Below are positions 11,957 to 23,691 of a DNA stretch of 64,000 nucleotides, piece after piece. The position numbers and the translations under genes were made by a program. The notes under the pieces are model-generated. The model worked only from the letters and a program-made list of their open reading frames with translations. It made no database searches and was not told the DNA's origin. The DNA comes from Octopus sinensis (lineage: Eukaryota), in contig NW_021836307.1 of NCBI RefSeq assembly GCF_006345805.1, positions 1 through 64,000 of the forward strand, read 5' to 3'. The first letter of the stretch is position 1. The number at the start of each line of letters is the position of its first letter.

Positions 11957-13478
11957 TCACAGTATGGGTTGAACTATAATCAACTATTCATCCTTCTGAT
12001 TGCTCAATACAAAACATGGGTCACCATCTTACTGTTGTACGCTAATCCATCAAAAGATTACACATTTAAAGCTGAGTGGACTGCAGTAACATGAAATGGA
12101 GTATCTTGCTCAAGAAGGCAACACACAGCTGGTTGGTCTGAGAATTGAAACCTCCATCTCACAACCACTCTAACTGCTAGACTATGTACCTTGTGGGTTG
12201 GGTGAGTGTTGGATATACTGACAGCGACAGATTATCATCTTAATTGTACAATAGAAGCACAATGTGTTTCTTAATTAGAGGACATATTATAGCTGAATGA
12301 TGGCCACTAGTCACAGAGCAGTACACAATATTGCTAAATGTATAATGGCCTGTGCAATAAAGGATATATATATATATAATTTTAAATTAATAATAGAAGG
12401 GTAAAATTTAATAATTAAATTAATTAATTGATTAATCAATTAATTAACAATTTTACTGAGTAGATCGGTACATTAAAATAACCTTTATAGGAGATTCTTA
12501 TAGTAGCAGAAAAGGAATTTTTAACTCCTATTTCTAATTTCGGTATGTGGTGAAGCAGTTAGCTGAACCCTAATTATAATTATGTGTGTGTATATCATCA
12601 TCATCATCATCGTTTAACGTCCGTTTTCCGCGCTAGCACAGGTTGGACGGTTCGACCGGGGTCTGGGAAGCCAGGGGCTGCACCAGGCTCCAGTCTGATC
12701 TGGCAGTGTTTCTACGGCTGGATGCCCTTCCTAACGCCAACCACTCTGCAAGTGTAGTGGGTGCTTTTTACGTGCCAACTGCACAGTTGCCAGGGGGGGT
12801 TGGCATCAGCCACGATCGGTTGGTGCTTTTAACGTGCCACCGGCACGGAAGCCAGCCATGATTAGAATTTATGTTGTTATTTTTCATTTCACAGAATTAG
12901 AAACGATACCATGAATTCCAGTTTTGATTTTAATATATCCATAGTCTGCAACTAAGAAACTTGGCCAGGAATTTAAACATGCATGGATAGCTATCTTTTT
13001 AGGGATAAATCATCAACATATATTCAATTGATAGTCAGTATTCACAGAAGAGCTTCCAGAGGACACAGTTTAGATTTTAAACCTTTTTTATATATTATAT
13101 ATATATATATGTATATACCCCAGAGTGATTTGAACCCACAATCTATGACTATTTATATTCAGTGCTGGAATCAATTCTACCCACTGGTAGCTACCTGCAA
13201 CTAACTATCATCCTATTCAGAAAAAAATCCTATTTCTCGTCTATTTAAAAGCACAAACACCAGTGTTGTCACTGTTTCTGTTGCTGTTTTAAGTAGCTGC
13301 CATCAGATTATGTTGCAGTTGTTATCAACTCACAGATGTTATTAGCATATCACATTCATACTTCAGCTGTCAGTGGATACAAAAGTTTTTCCAGCAACAG
13401 AAGTTAGGAATTAATTTAGACAAACCAAGAAAGAAGCACCAATAAGAACATAGCACACACATATATATATATATATAT

Positions 13479-14326
13479 ATACTAAGTAATTAAGGGTTTA
13501 GCAACGATTTGCCTCACCACACACCGAATTTAGAAATAGCAGTCAAAAAGTTTGGGCTATTCTTTCTACTTAAAAGGGAGATCCCAGTAAAACCAAAGCA
13601 CTTAAAAAGCAAACCCTTAATTACTTAGTATTACTTAAACCTTCCTTGAATGGGGCTTTTACATGTCGAACTCTACTTGGTGAAATTAATGATTATTTCT
13701 AAATTAATTAATTTCACCCTTTATTATTGATAATTGTATTTCATCCCAGTAAAAAAACTGTAGCATCTTATTTTGGCAGCATGCTGGTGGAAGGGGGATG
13801 GTGACATACTTTCATCCACCCTTTGAATTTGGTGGTACTGGTAATGGCTTACGCTCGCTCTGATACCATGAGTTGAGGTGATGTCTTCTAGTGCCTTCAA
13901 ATTTAATTCACAATTTATAATAATTGAGATGCAATTATTTATAATTGAAGAGTCCTACGCTGAGGAGGAAAATAGTCAGGTAAGACATAATTATTTAATT
14001 TTTATGCTCTGCAATGACTTAACTCCGAAACGTACGTCCGTAGGTGACTTAATATAGAATGATTTTCGTCATTTCTTTCTCTTTTACCTGCGTCGGATGC
14101 TTTTTAAGTGCTTTGGTTTTACTGGGATCTCCCTTTTAAGTAGAAAGAATAGCCAAAACTTTTTGACTGCTATTTCTAAATTTGGTGTGTGGTGAGGCAA
14201 ATCGTTGCTAAACCCTTAATTACTTAGTATTACTTAAACCTTCCTTGAATGGGGCTTTTACATGCCGAACTCTACTTGGTGAAATTAATGATTATTTCTA
14301 AATTAATTAATTTCACCCTTTATTAT

Positions 14327-14331
<5 letters not shown>
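13479..14331 (+). mobile_element. Non-coding Penelope-like (pLTR-type) element with inverted and direct terminal repeats, carrying the hammerhead
   Basis: 13479-13611 is the reverse complement of 14098-14230 (2 mismatches by eye). 13611-13732 is a direct repeat of 14210-14331 (1 mismatch). Flanked by (TA)n on both sides. No recognisable ORF. The Penelope assignment is inferred from architecture plus the hammerhead. Confidence 0.6.
13954..14044 (+). ncRNA. Type I hammerhead ribozyme fold (candidate active), extended stem II, predicted cleavage after GUC at 14038
   Basis: Stem I CCUACG(13954-59)/CGUAGG(14039-44); core CUGAGGA(13960-66); stem II opens GGA/UCC with further AGUCA/UGACU and CAUAA/UUAUG helices; GAAA(14027-30); stem III inside the palindrome ACGUACGU; GUC triplet. 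Confidence 0.8.
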
Positions 14332-14385
<54 letters not shown>

Positions 14386-14656
14386 TATACATAGATACAT
14401 ATATATATATATATATATATACATAGATACATATATATATTATATAATATATATATACATACACATATATATATACATATATATACACATATATATACAT
14501 ATTATACACATATATATATACATATATATATATATATAATATACACATATATATATACTATATATATATATATATACACATATATATATACATATATAAT
14601 ATATATATATATATACACATATATATATACATATATACACATATATATATACATAG

Positions 14657-14727
<71 letters not shown>

Positions 14728-14827
14728 TATATATACATAGATACATATATATACATACACATACATATACATACATATATAACATATATATATATATACA
14801 TTATATATATATGTACATATATATATA
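14328..14827. repeat. ~500-bp compound (TA)n microsatellite between the hammerhead element and the RTE
   Basis: Visible directly. Confidence 0.95.
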
Positions 14828-17160
14828 AGATGGTTCACTTGCGCTAAATGAGGATGCAAAGAGAGGTTTGGAGACGCCACTATGAAAGGTTGCTGAATAA
14901 AGAAAATGAATGGGATAAAGAGAGTCTGCCGAATGTTGACCCAACAGAGGGACCAGCTATCCGAGTTGATAGTTCCGTGGTAGCTATGGCAATTAGAAGC
15001 ATGAAGACAGGGAAAGCCCCAGGCCCATCAGGAATCACTGCAGAGATGCTCAAAATGTCTGGTAGTGTTGGCTATAGCCTAGTCACCCGTATAGTTAATC
15101 AGGTGATACACAAAGGAGTCATACCCAATGACTGGTGTAGCAGCATAATAGTCAACTGCTACAAAGGTGAAGGTGACGCCCTAGATACAAATAACTACAG
15201 AGGTATCAAGCTGTTGGATCAGGTAAAGAAGGTTACGGAGAGGGTCATAGCCCAACTAATTAGAGAGAGAGTTAGTTTAGATGAGATGCAGTTTGGGTTT
15301 GTGCCAGGGAAAAGTACTACTGATGCTATATTCCTGGTAAGGCAGCTGCAGGAGAAATACCTAGCCAAAGATAAGCCCCTGTACCTGGCTTTTGTTGACA
15401 TGGAGAAAGCCTTCGACAGGGTCCCCCGATCCCTTATCTGGTGGTTAATGAGGAAACTAGGGATAGATGAATGGTTAGTGAGAGCTGTGCGGGCCATGTA
15501 TAGGGACGCTGCTAGTAAGGTGAGGGTTGGCAATGAGTACAGTGAAGAATTCTGGGTAGAAGTAGGGGTCCACCAAGGCTCAGACCTCAGCCCCCTCCTA
15601 TTTATCATAGTCCTCCAGGCAATAACGGAGGAATTCAAGACAGGATGCCCTTGGGAGCTCCTCTATGCTGATGACCTTGCTCTAATTGCTGAGTCACTAT
15701 CAGAACTGGAGGAGAAGTTTCAGGTGTGGAAACAAGGATTAGAATCGAAGGGCCTCAGAGTCAACCTAGCTAAAACCAAAGTCGTAATCAGTAGGAAGGT
15801 AGACAAATCACAAACGCCTTCAGGTAGATGGCCCTGCTCGATCTGTAGAAAAGGTGTAGGTAGAAACTCTATAAGATGCACCAAGTGTAAGCTATGGACA
15901 CATAAGAGGTGCAGCAATGTCAAAGGAAGGCTAACTAGGAAGATAGTTTTTGTATGTGGCAGATGCTCAGGAACAATAAACACTGAAAATGCTCTGAGAC
16001 CAACTTCCGTCACTTTCCAGGAAGAAAAACTAGAAATAGTTGATAGTTTCCGTTACCTAGGTGACCAAGTCAGCAGCGGGGGTGGGTGTGCTGAAAGTGT
16101 AACTGCTAGAGTAAGAATAGCTTGGGCAAAGTTCAGAGAGCTCTTACCTCTGCTGGTGACAAAAGGCCTCTCGCACAGAGTGAAAGGCAGACTGTATGAT
16201 GCGTGTGTACGAACAGCCATGCTACATGGCAGTGAAACATGGGCCGTGACTGTTGAGGATATGCGTAAGCTCGCAAGAAATGAAGCCAGCATGCTCCGAT
16301 GGATGTGTAATGTCAGTACTCATACTCAGCAGAGTGTAAGTACCTTGAGAGAAAAGCTGGACCTAAGAAGCATCAGTTGTGGTGTGCAAGAGAGACGTTT
16401 GCGCTGGTATGGTCATGTGGCGAGAATGGATGAAGATAGTTGTGTGAAAAAGTGCCACACCCTAGCGGTTGAGGGAACCTGCGGAAGAGGCAGACCCAGG
16501 AAAACCTGGGACGAGGTGGTGAAGCACGACCTTCGAACTTTAGGTCTCACTGAGGAAATGACTAGAGACCAAGACCTCTGGAAGTGTGCTGTGCGCAAGA
16601 AGACCCGGCAGGACAAGTGAGTCCATAACCCGTGGCCTTCTACATGGGATGGAGCCAGCCTACGTATGCATACCTTCCCTTCTTGGGACACAAAACTCTA
16701 CTTGTGAAGACCTGTTGAGGCAAGTGAGGATCAGAATCGAAATCAATCAATGGAAATTGCAGATGTGTTACCAGTGCTGGTGGCATGTAAGAGAACCTTC
16801 CGTTTCGCGACCGTTGCCAGCGTCGCCCCGACTGGCCTCGTGCCGGTGGCATGTAAAAAGCACCATCCGATTGTGTCCGTTGCCAGCCTCGCCTGGCCCC
16901 CGTGCCGGTGGCACATAAAAAGCACCATCCGTTCGTGGCCGTTTGCCAGTTCTGTCTGGCACCTGTGCCGGTGGCACGTAAAAAGCACCCACTACACTCA
17001 CGGAGTGGTTGGCGTTTGGAAGGGCATCCAGCCGTAGAAACACTGCCAGATTTGACTGGGCCTAATGAAGCCTTCTGGCTTCACAGACCCCAGTAGAACC
17101 GTCCAACCCATGCTAGCATGGAAAACGGACGCTAAACGATGATGATGATGATGATGATGA
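14828..17160 (+). mobile_element. RTE-clade LINE, 5'-truncated (no endonuclease), RT region open for 590 aa (14848-16620), 3' UTR array and (GAT)n tail
   Basis: KAPGPSG, NYRGIKLL, QFGFVPGKSTTDAIF, FVDMEKAFD, GVHQGSDLSP and YADDL motifs. The listed ATG is probably an artefact: a 2-bp GA deletion at about 14860 relative to the 35.6-kb copy shifts the upstream [11 protein letters not shown] frame. Confidence 0.95.
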
Positions 17161-17872
17161 TATATATAATAATAGTAGTAGTAGTTATTATTATTATTCT
17201 AAGGTGGCATGCTGGCAGAAACGTTAGCACGCCGGGCGAAATGCTTAGCGGTATTTCATCTACTGTTACGTTCTGAGTTCAAATTCCACTGAGGTCGACT
17301 TTGCCTATTATCCTTTCAGGGTTGATAAATTAAGTACCAGATGCATGCTGGGGTCAATCTAATCGATTGCTCCCCCATCCCCCAAAAAAATTTCGGGCCT
17401 TGTGCCTAGAGTAAAAAAGATTATTATTATTATTCTTTTTAAATCAGGTTTTGTTGAAACTCCTGGAGTCTTGCATGCGTAGTGGGCTTGCTACCTGCAG
17501 CCTATGGTACAATGCTATCCATCCTTTTCAACTATCTGATACTCTCTTGATTAATCTGGCCATGCCAAGGAGGCAAACCTCTTTTGCAACAGTTCTACTG
17601 GGAGCCCTATTTCTGATTTCTTTTATATTCCCTCTTGATGCCTGCTGATGCTATCCCCAAGGAGCCAACAATAATTGGCACTATTATTATTAAGGTGATA
17701 AGCTCGCAGAATCATTAGCACACCAGACAAAATTTCATCTATCTTTACATTCTGAGTTCAAATTCTGCTAAGGTCGACTTTGCCGGAGATCAAGAAAATA
17801 AGGACCAGTTGGACACAAGGGTCATTGTAATCAACTATCCCCTTCCTCACAAAATTTTAGGCTTTGTGCCTA

Positions 17873-18079
<207 letters not shown>

Positions 18080-18120
18080 TCAGTTCATTGAGTTAAAAAT
18101 ATATAAAATGAGCTCATATA

Positions 18121-18890
18121 CACATTCACATGTCAGTGTGCATGTTCGACAGAGTGTAAGCATCTTGAGAGAAAAGTCAAGCTTAAGAGGCATCAGATGT
18201 GGTGTGCAAGAGAGATGACAGCGTTGACATGGTCATGTGATATGTATGGACGAGGACAGCTCTGTAATGAAGTGCTGATCTCTAACTGTGGAGAGAACCT
18301 GTGGTAGAGAGGGAGACCCAGTAAGACATAGAACAAGGTGAGGGTGAAGCATGATCTTTGAACTTTGAGCCTCACAGAGGAAATGACTAATGACCAAGAC
18401 TTTTGGAGATGTGCTGTGCTTGAGACAACCCATCAAACCAAGTACACCTATGCTGCTGTCATGTAAAGAACACTTTTCGAGTGTTGGGCCTCACAGAGGC
18501 AAAGTGGCTGAGTTCCTTTCGAGTGTTGGGCCTCACAGAGGCAAAGTGGCTGAGTTCCTTTCGAGTGTTGGACCTCACAGGTGCAATGACTGAGACCTTT
18601 GGCATTATGTTGCGCTTGAGAAGAAGACCCATCAAACCAAGCAAAATCCCAGTTGTGGCAGATACTGGCATCATGCAAATTGGTCTCCATGCCAGTGGCA
18701 CATAAAAGCACCCTGGTGTCACACAAATGGCACCTGTGCCAGTGGAATGTAAAAGCACCCATTACATTCTCAGAGTGGTTGGCGTTAGGAAGGGCATCCA
18801 GCTGTAGAAAACCAAGCCAAATCAGACTGGAGTCTGGGTCAGCTTTCCAGGGTCCCATGCCAGCATGGACAACAGACATTAAATGATGAT
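18121..18890 (+). mobile_element. Diverged RTE 3' fragments and a non-autonomous tail derivative, including a 42-bp tandem triplication at 18475-18581
   Basis: Degenerate match to the RTE C-terminal coding region, followed by the shared tail ending in (GAT)n. Confidence 0.7.
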
Positions 18891-18920
18891 GATACATACA
18901 TACACACGCACACATATATA

Positions 18921-19479
18921 TACAGGGTGGAGCAAAATGATCTGACACATTTGGAGGCTTAATAAAAGCACAAAATAAGAAATAATGAAAAGAAAAAGTT
19001 TATTTTCTGAATGTACATATAATGCCATTTTATTTCATTAAGTTTTAAAAATTAAATCAGCTAAATGCTTCCCATCATTGTCAACACATTGTTGGAGACG
19101 TTCATGGAAGTTATCGATAACTCTTTGGATCATTTCTTCTGGAATGGTTGCTATTTCTACACAAATTGCACGTTTTAATTCATCAATAGATCGAAGGCGA
19201 TGACTGAATACTTTTGATTTTAAATATCCCCACAAGAAGAAATCCCGTTTCACCATTCCAGAAGAAATGATCCAAAGAGTTATCGATAACTTCCATGAAC
19301 GTCTCCAACAATGTGTTGACAATGATGGGAAGCATTTAGCTGATTTAATTTTTAAAACTTAATGAAATAAAATGGCATTATATGTACATTCAGAAAATAA
19401 ACTTTTTCTTTTCATTATTTCTTATTTTGTGCTTTTATTAAGCCTCCAAATGTGTCAGATCATTTTGCTCCACCCTGTA
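18921..19479. mobile_element. Mariner-derived fold-back element: 228-bp perfect inverted arms, 103-bp spacer, TA ends
   Basis: 18921-19148 equals the reverse complement of 19252-19479 (no mismatch found by eye). Ends TA-CAGGGTG...CACCCTG-TA. The minus strand encodes the transposase C-terminus DFFLWGYLKSKVF...ERLQQCVDNDGKHL. Confidence 0.93.
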
Positions 19480-20059
19480 CATACATACATGCATGCATTG
19501 TCACCATCATAAAAAATTCAATGAATCGGTGACTAATAAATTGTAAACCCAGTAAACAGTGATGTTATTGGTGACAAACTTCGACATAAGATAGAAGTAA
19601 AATAAATGACACTTCTGATTGAATAGACTTATGATCCAGGATGTTGCAACTGTAACCATTTTGTATTCTGCTTTACTTCTTTTTTTTTTTTCTTCTTAGA
19701 TGTATTTTATCAGAAGTAACAGATTCTGTAACCACACTGGCATGTATGTTGTTTTAACATCTATACAAAAAAGATCAGGTTATCTAAATTCCTTGATAGC
19801 AATGACATGAAACCATGGTGTAAAGGTAGATACAAGCACTATCTGTGTCTATACACACACACACACAGATATATATATAAACACACACACATTTACTCAA
19901 GTGCACTTACCTACTGACCCACCTTTTCTGTTCCTCTATCCTATTTTCTCTTTCATATTCGTCTTGTACCTTAACCTCATCCCCCCCTATCTTTCTCTTT
20001 CCAGGTGAGGCAGTCATGTATTAATCTCTTAAGCAAGACACCTGTTCTTGTCCTTCTAT

Positions 20060-20760
20060 CATACTTATTCATCGTCATCGTTTAATGTCCATTATCCATG
20101 CTGGCATGGGTTCAATGTTTTGACTGAGGTCTGGAGAGCCAGGAGGCTGCACCAGGCTCCAATCTCATCAATGTTTCTACAGCTGGATGCCCTTCCTAAT
20201 GCCAACCACTGCAAGAGTGTAGTGGGTGCTTCTTACATGCCACTGGTACAGGATCCAGTCAGGTGGGCTTGGCATTGATCATGTTTGGATAGTGCTTTTT
20301 ACATGCCACCAGCACCGGAGTCTGGCATCAGTGCTAGTGGAGTGCTAAGAGCACCATCTGAGCATGATCGTTGCCAGAGCGTCTAACAGGCTTCCATGCC
20401 AGTGGCATGTAAAAAGCACCATTCGAGCATGATCATTACCAGAGTCGCCTTAATGGCACGTGAAAAACATTCAAGCGAGGTCATTGCCAGAAACACTGGA
20501 CTGGCTCCTGTGCAGGTGGCACGTAAAAAGCACCATTTGAGCATAGCCGTTACCAGTACCACCTGACTGGCCCTCGTACCGGTGGCACATAAAAGCACTC
20601 ACTACACTCTCGGAGTGGTTGGCGTTAGGAAGGGCATCCAGCTCTAGAAACTCTGCCAGATCAAGATTGGAGCCTGGTGCAGTCATCTGATTTGCCAGTC
20701 CTCAGTTAAATCATCCAGCCCATGCTGGAAAGCGGACGTTAAACGATGATGATGATGATT
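20060..20760. mobile_element. Head-to-head pair of non-autonomous RTE-tail elements (representative of about 15 such copies in the window)
   Basis: The ~150-bp tail cactctcggagtggttggcgttaggaagggcatccagctgtagaaac...aaacgatgatgat occurs on the minus strand (20065-20250) and the plus strand (20590-20760), with ~60-bp units in between. Confidence 0.8.
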
Positions 20761-21336
20761 ATTATTATTATTATTTCCATTTCTACTCTAGGCATAAGGC
20801 CCGAAATTTTGGGGGAGGGGGCCAGTTGATTACATCAACCCCACTATACACAAGTGGTACTTAATTTATCGACCCCGAACGGGTGATAGGCAAAGTCAAC
20901 CTCAGCGGAATTTGAACTCAGAACACAAAGACAGACGAAATACTGCTAAGCATTTCACCTGGCGTGCTAACGATTCTGCCAGCTCATCACCTTATTATTA
21001 TTATTGAGGCAGCAAGCTGGCAGAGTTCAAATTCTGCCAAGGTTGATTTCGTTTTTTTCCTTTTGGGGTTGATGAAATAAGTACCAGTTACGCACTGGGG
21101 TCAATATACTTGACTAGTCTCCTTCCCCCAAAATTTTCAAGGCCTTGTGCCTAGAATAGAAATGTCAGTAAAGATTATTAGACTAGTTCCCTAAGTAAGG
21201 TTCAGGTAACACAGACACACAAATAATCAAACACTAACAAGCAAGTCCCAAACGTTCAGTACTCTCTCTCTCTCTCTCTCTTTCACTCACTCTAGTTTTT
21301 TTTCTACTTTTTCTCCCCTCTCTCACATGTTACTTA

Positions 21337-21516
<180 letters not shown>

Positions 21517-22120
21517 TTAAATTGTGTGTGTGTGTGTAAGTGTAAATATTCAATTCTTGCTACAGAATTGAATATTAAATATTCAATTCTATAGCAAGAA
21601 GCAACAAAGCTAGCACTTGAAAATGATTTATTCAATAACCCAAGCACCAGATGTACCAAAATCTGCAATGCCAGTTTGGTGCCGATTACATTCACCTACA
21701 CTGCTTGGGAATATAGTCTTGATACATTTTCAAAAGACAAAAAGTTGATTTCTAATATGATTAAAAGTCATTCATTTCCCTATTCATCACACTTACAGAC
21801 AATGGACAGCAGCCATGCTGGAGCACAACCTCTTAATGACTTAATCAGTTAACAAACCACATTTCTTATTCTGGTATTTTTCTCAAAGTCTATCTATAAA
21901 TGGCTAAAGCCACCACAGTTATGTCCCTTTGCACCACAATTTATTCAAAAGTGGTATACCCACACACACACACACACACACAATCATCATCTTGATTACT
22001 TTTAGGTCTGAATTTCCATGCATGTAAGAGTTCTAGAGAATATGTCAAGACGATATTTTTACTGCAATAGACTCTTTCAGACATCAGTCTCACTACCGCC
22101 ATTCTTGTTGGATGGCTCTT

Positions 22121-22151
<31 letters not shown>

Positions 22152-23052
22152 GGTAGGTTGGTGTCTAGATACCACATACCAACACACACATACATATATA
22201 CAAACACACACATGTGTGAGTGTGTGTGCACAGACGCACAGATATTTTGTTTTGATTGAGTCAGCCTCGAGTTATTCTGAGATTCACCTGTAGGTACACA
22301 CAAAATCTTTAGGTATGTTGCAAATTACAGCTTGCCTGAAGATCTTGTGCACCGACAGGTGAGACTCAGAGAAGCAAGAGGCTTCATTTATTTCAACTGG
22401 AATAAACCTCATTTATCTCTACCATTGAATTGAGTGCGCCTTTTCCCAATAGTTTATATTAAACATATATATATACATACACACACATGCACATATACAT
22501 GCAAACACACACATACATACACACTTCTGCCGGTAAGGCGATGTGATGATTGCCAGCGTTGCCTTACCAGCACATGAAAAACAACATTTGAGCGTGGTTG
22601 TTGCCAGTGCCGCCGGACTGGCTCCCATGCAGGTAGCACATAAAAACACCATTTGAGCATGGTTGTTGCCAGAACCGCCTGACTGGCCCTCGTGCCAGTG
22701 ACATGTAAAAGCACCCTTTACACTCTTGGAGCGGTTGGCATTAGGAAGGGCATCCAGCTGTAGAAACTTTGCCAGATCAGACTGGAGCCTGGTGCAGCCT
22801 TCTGGCTCTCCAGTCCTCAGTCAAACTGTCCAACACATGTCCAACGACGATGATGATGATGATGATGATGACAGTCAGTAAGGAAACCAACATTCACATC
22901 TCAGCATTGGAAAGTTTCTTCCATTGTCTAAAGAAGGACATACTAAATTATATTTAACAAATTATTCCAATCAAATTTAATAGCAAAATCCTCAAACAGC
23001 CTTCTTACTGCTCATTAAAAACAATTTGGAGTGCACACCAAAGTACTTTCTA

Positions 23053-23208
<156 letters not shown>

Positions 23209-23653
23209 TTATATTTTGCACTGCAAACAAATCTGGTAACAACAACAACAAGCAATGATTTTGGTGTTGATATACTTCATAATATCCTTGCTTTCACAAA
23301 TATGCTTGACCTGCTAGAAATAGATAGAGATTTACTCATTTCAAACAAGTGGAACTATTATTTGTTCATATGTACTTTGTTTAAAAAGAAAAAAAATGGG
23401 AGTGTCATTGTTGGACTCTCTTTGATCAAAAGTCTTTCTAATCAGGACTATAATACTGTAACTGGGCAAAATCGGAACCAGATGACAGAGCTAACAAAGG
23501 TAACGATAATGTTTTGGTGTGTGTATGTACATGTGGTTATGCTGGGTGTGTGTATGATTGTAATGTGTGGTTGTAATGTATGAGAGTGAGTCTTTGTGAG
23601 ATGTGTGCATATGACAGCACATGTATGTGCTTGTATCACTTTTCAAACTTCTA

Positions 23654-23691
<38 letters not shown>

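Noticed and set aside
14848-16620. 590-aa ORF as a domesticated host gene or autonomous LINE
   Set aside because: It lacks the endonuclease, the start ATG arises from a 2-bp deletion, and near-identical disabled copies are nearby. It is simply a young truncated insertion.
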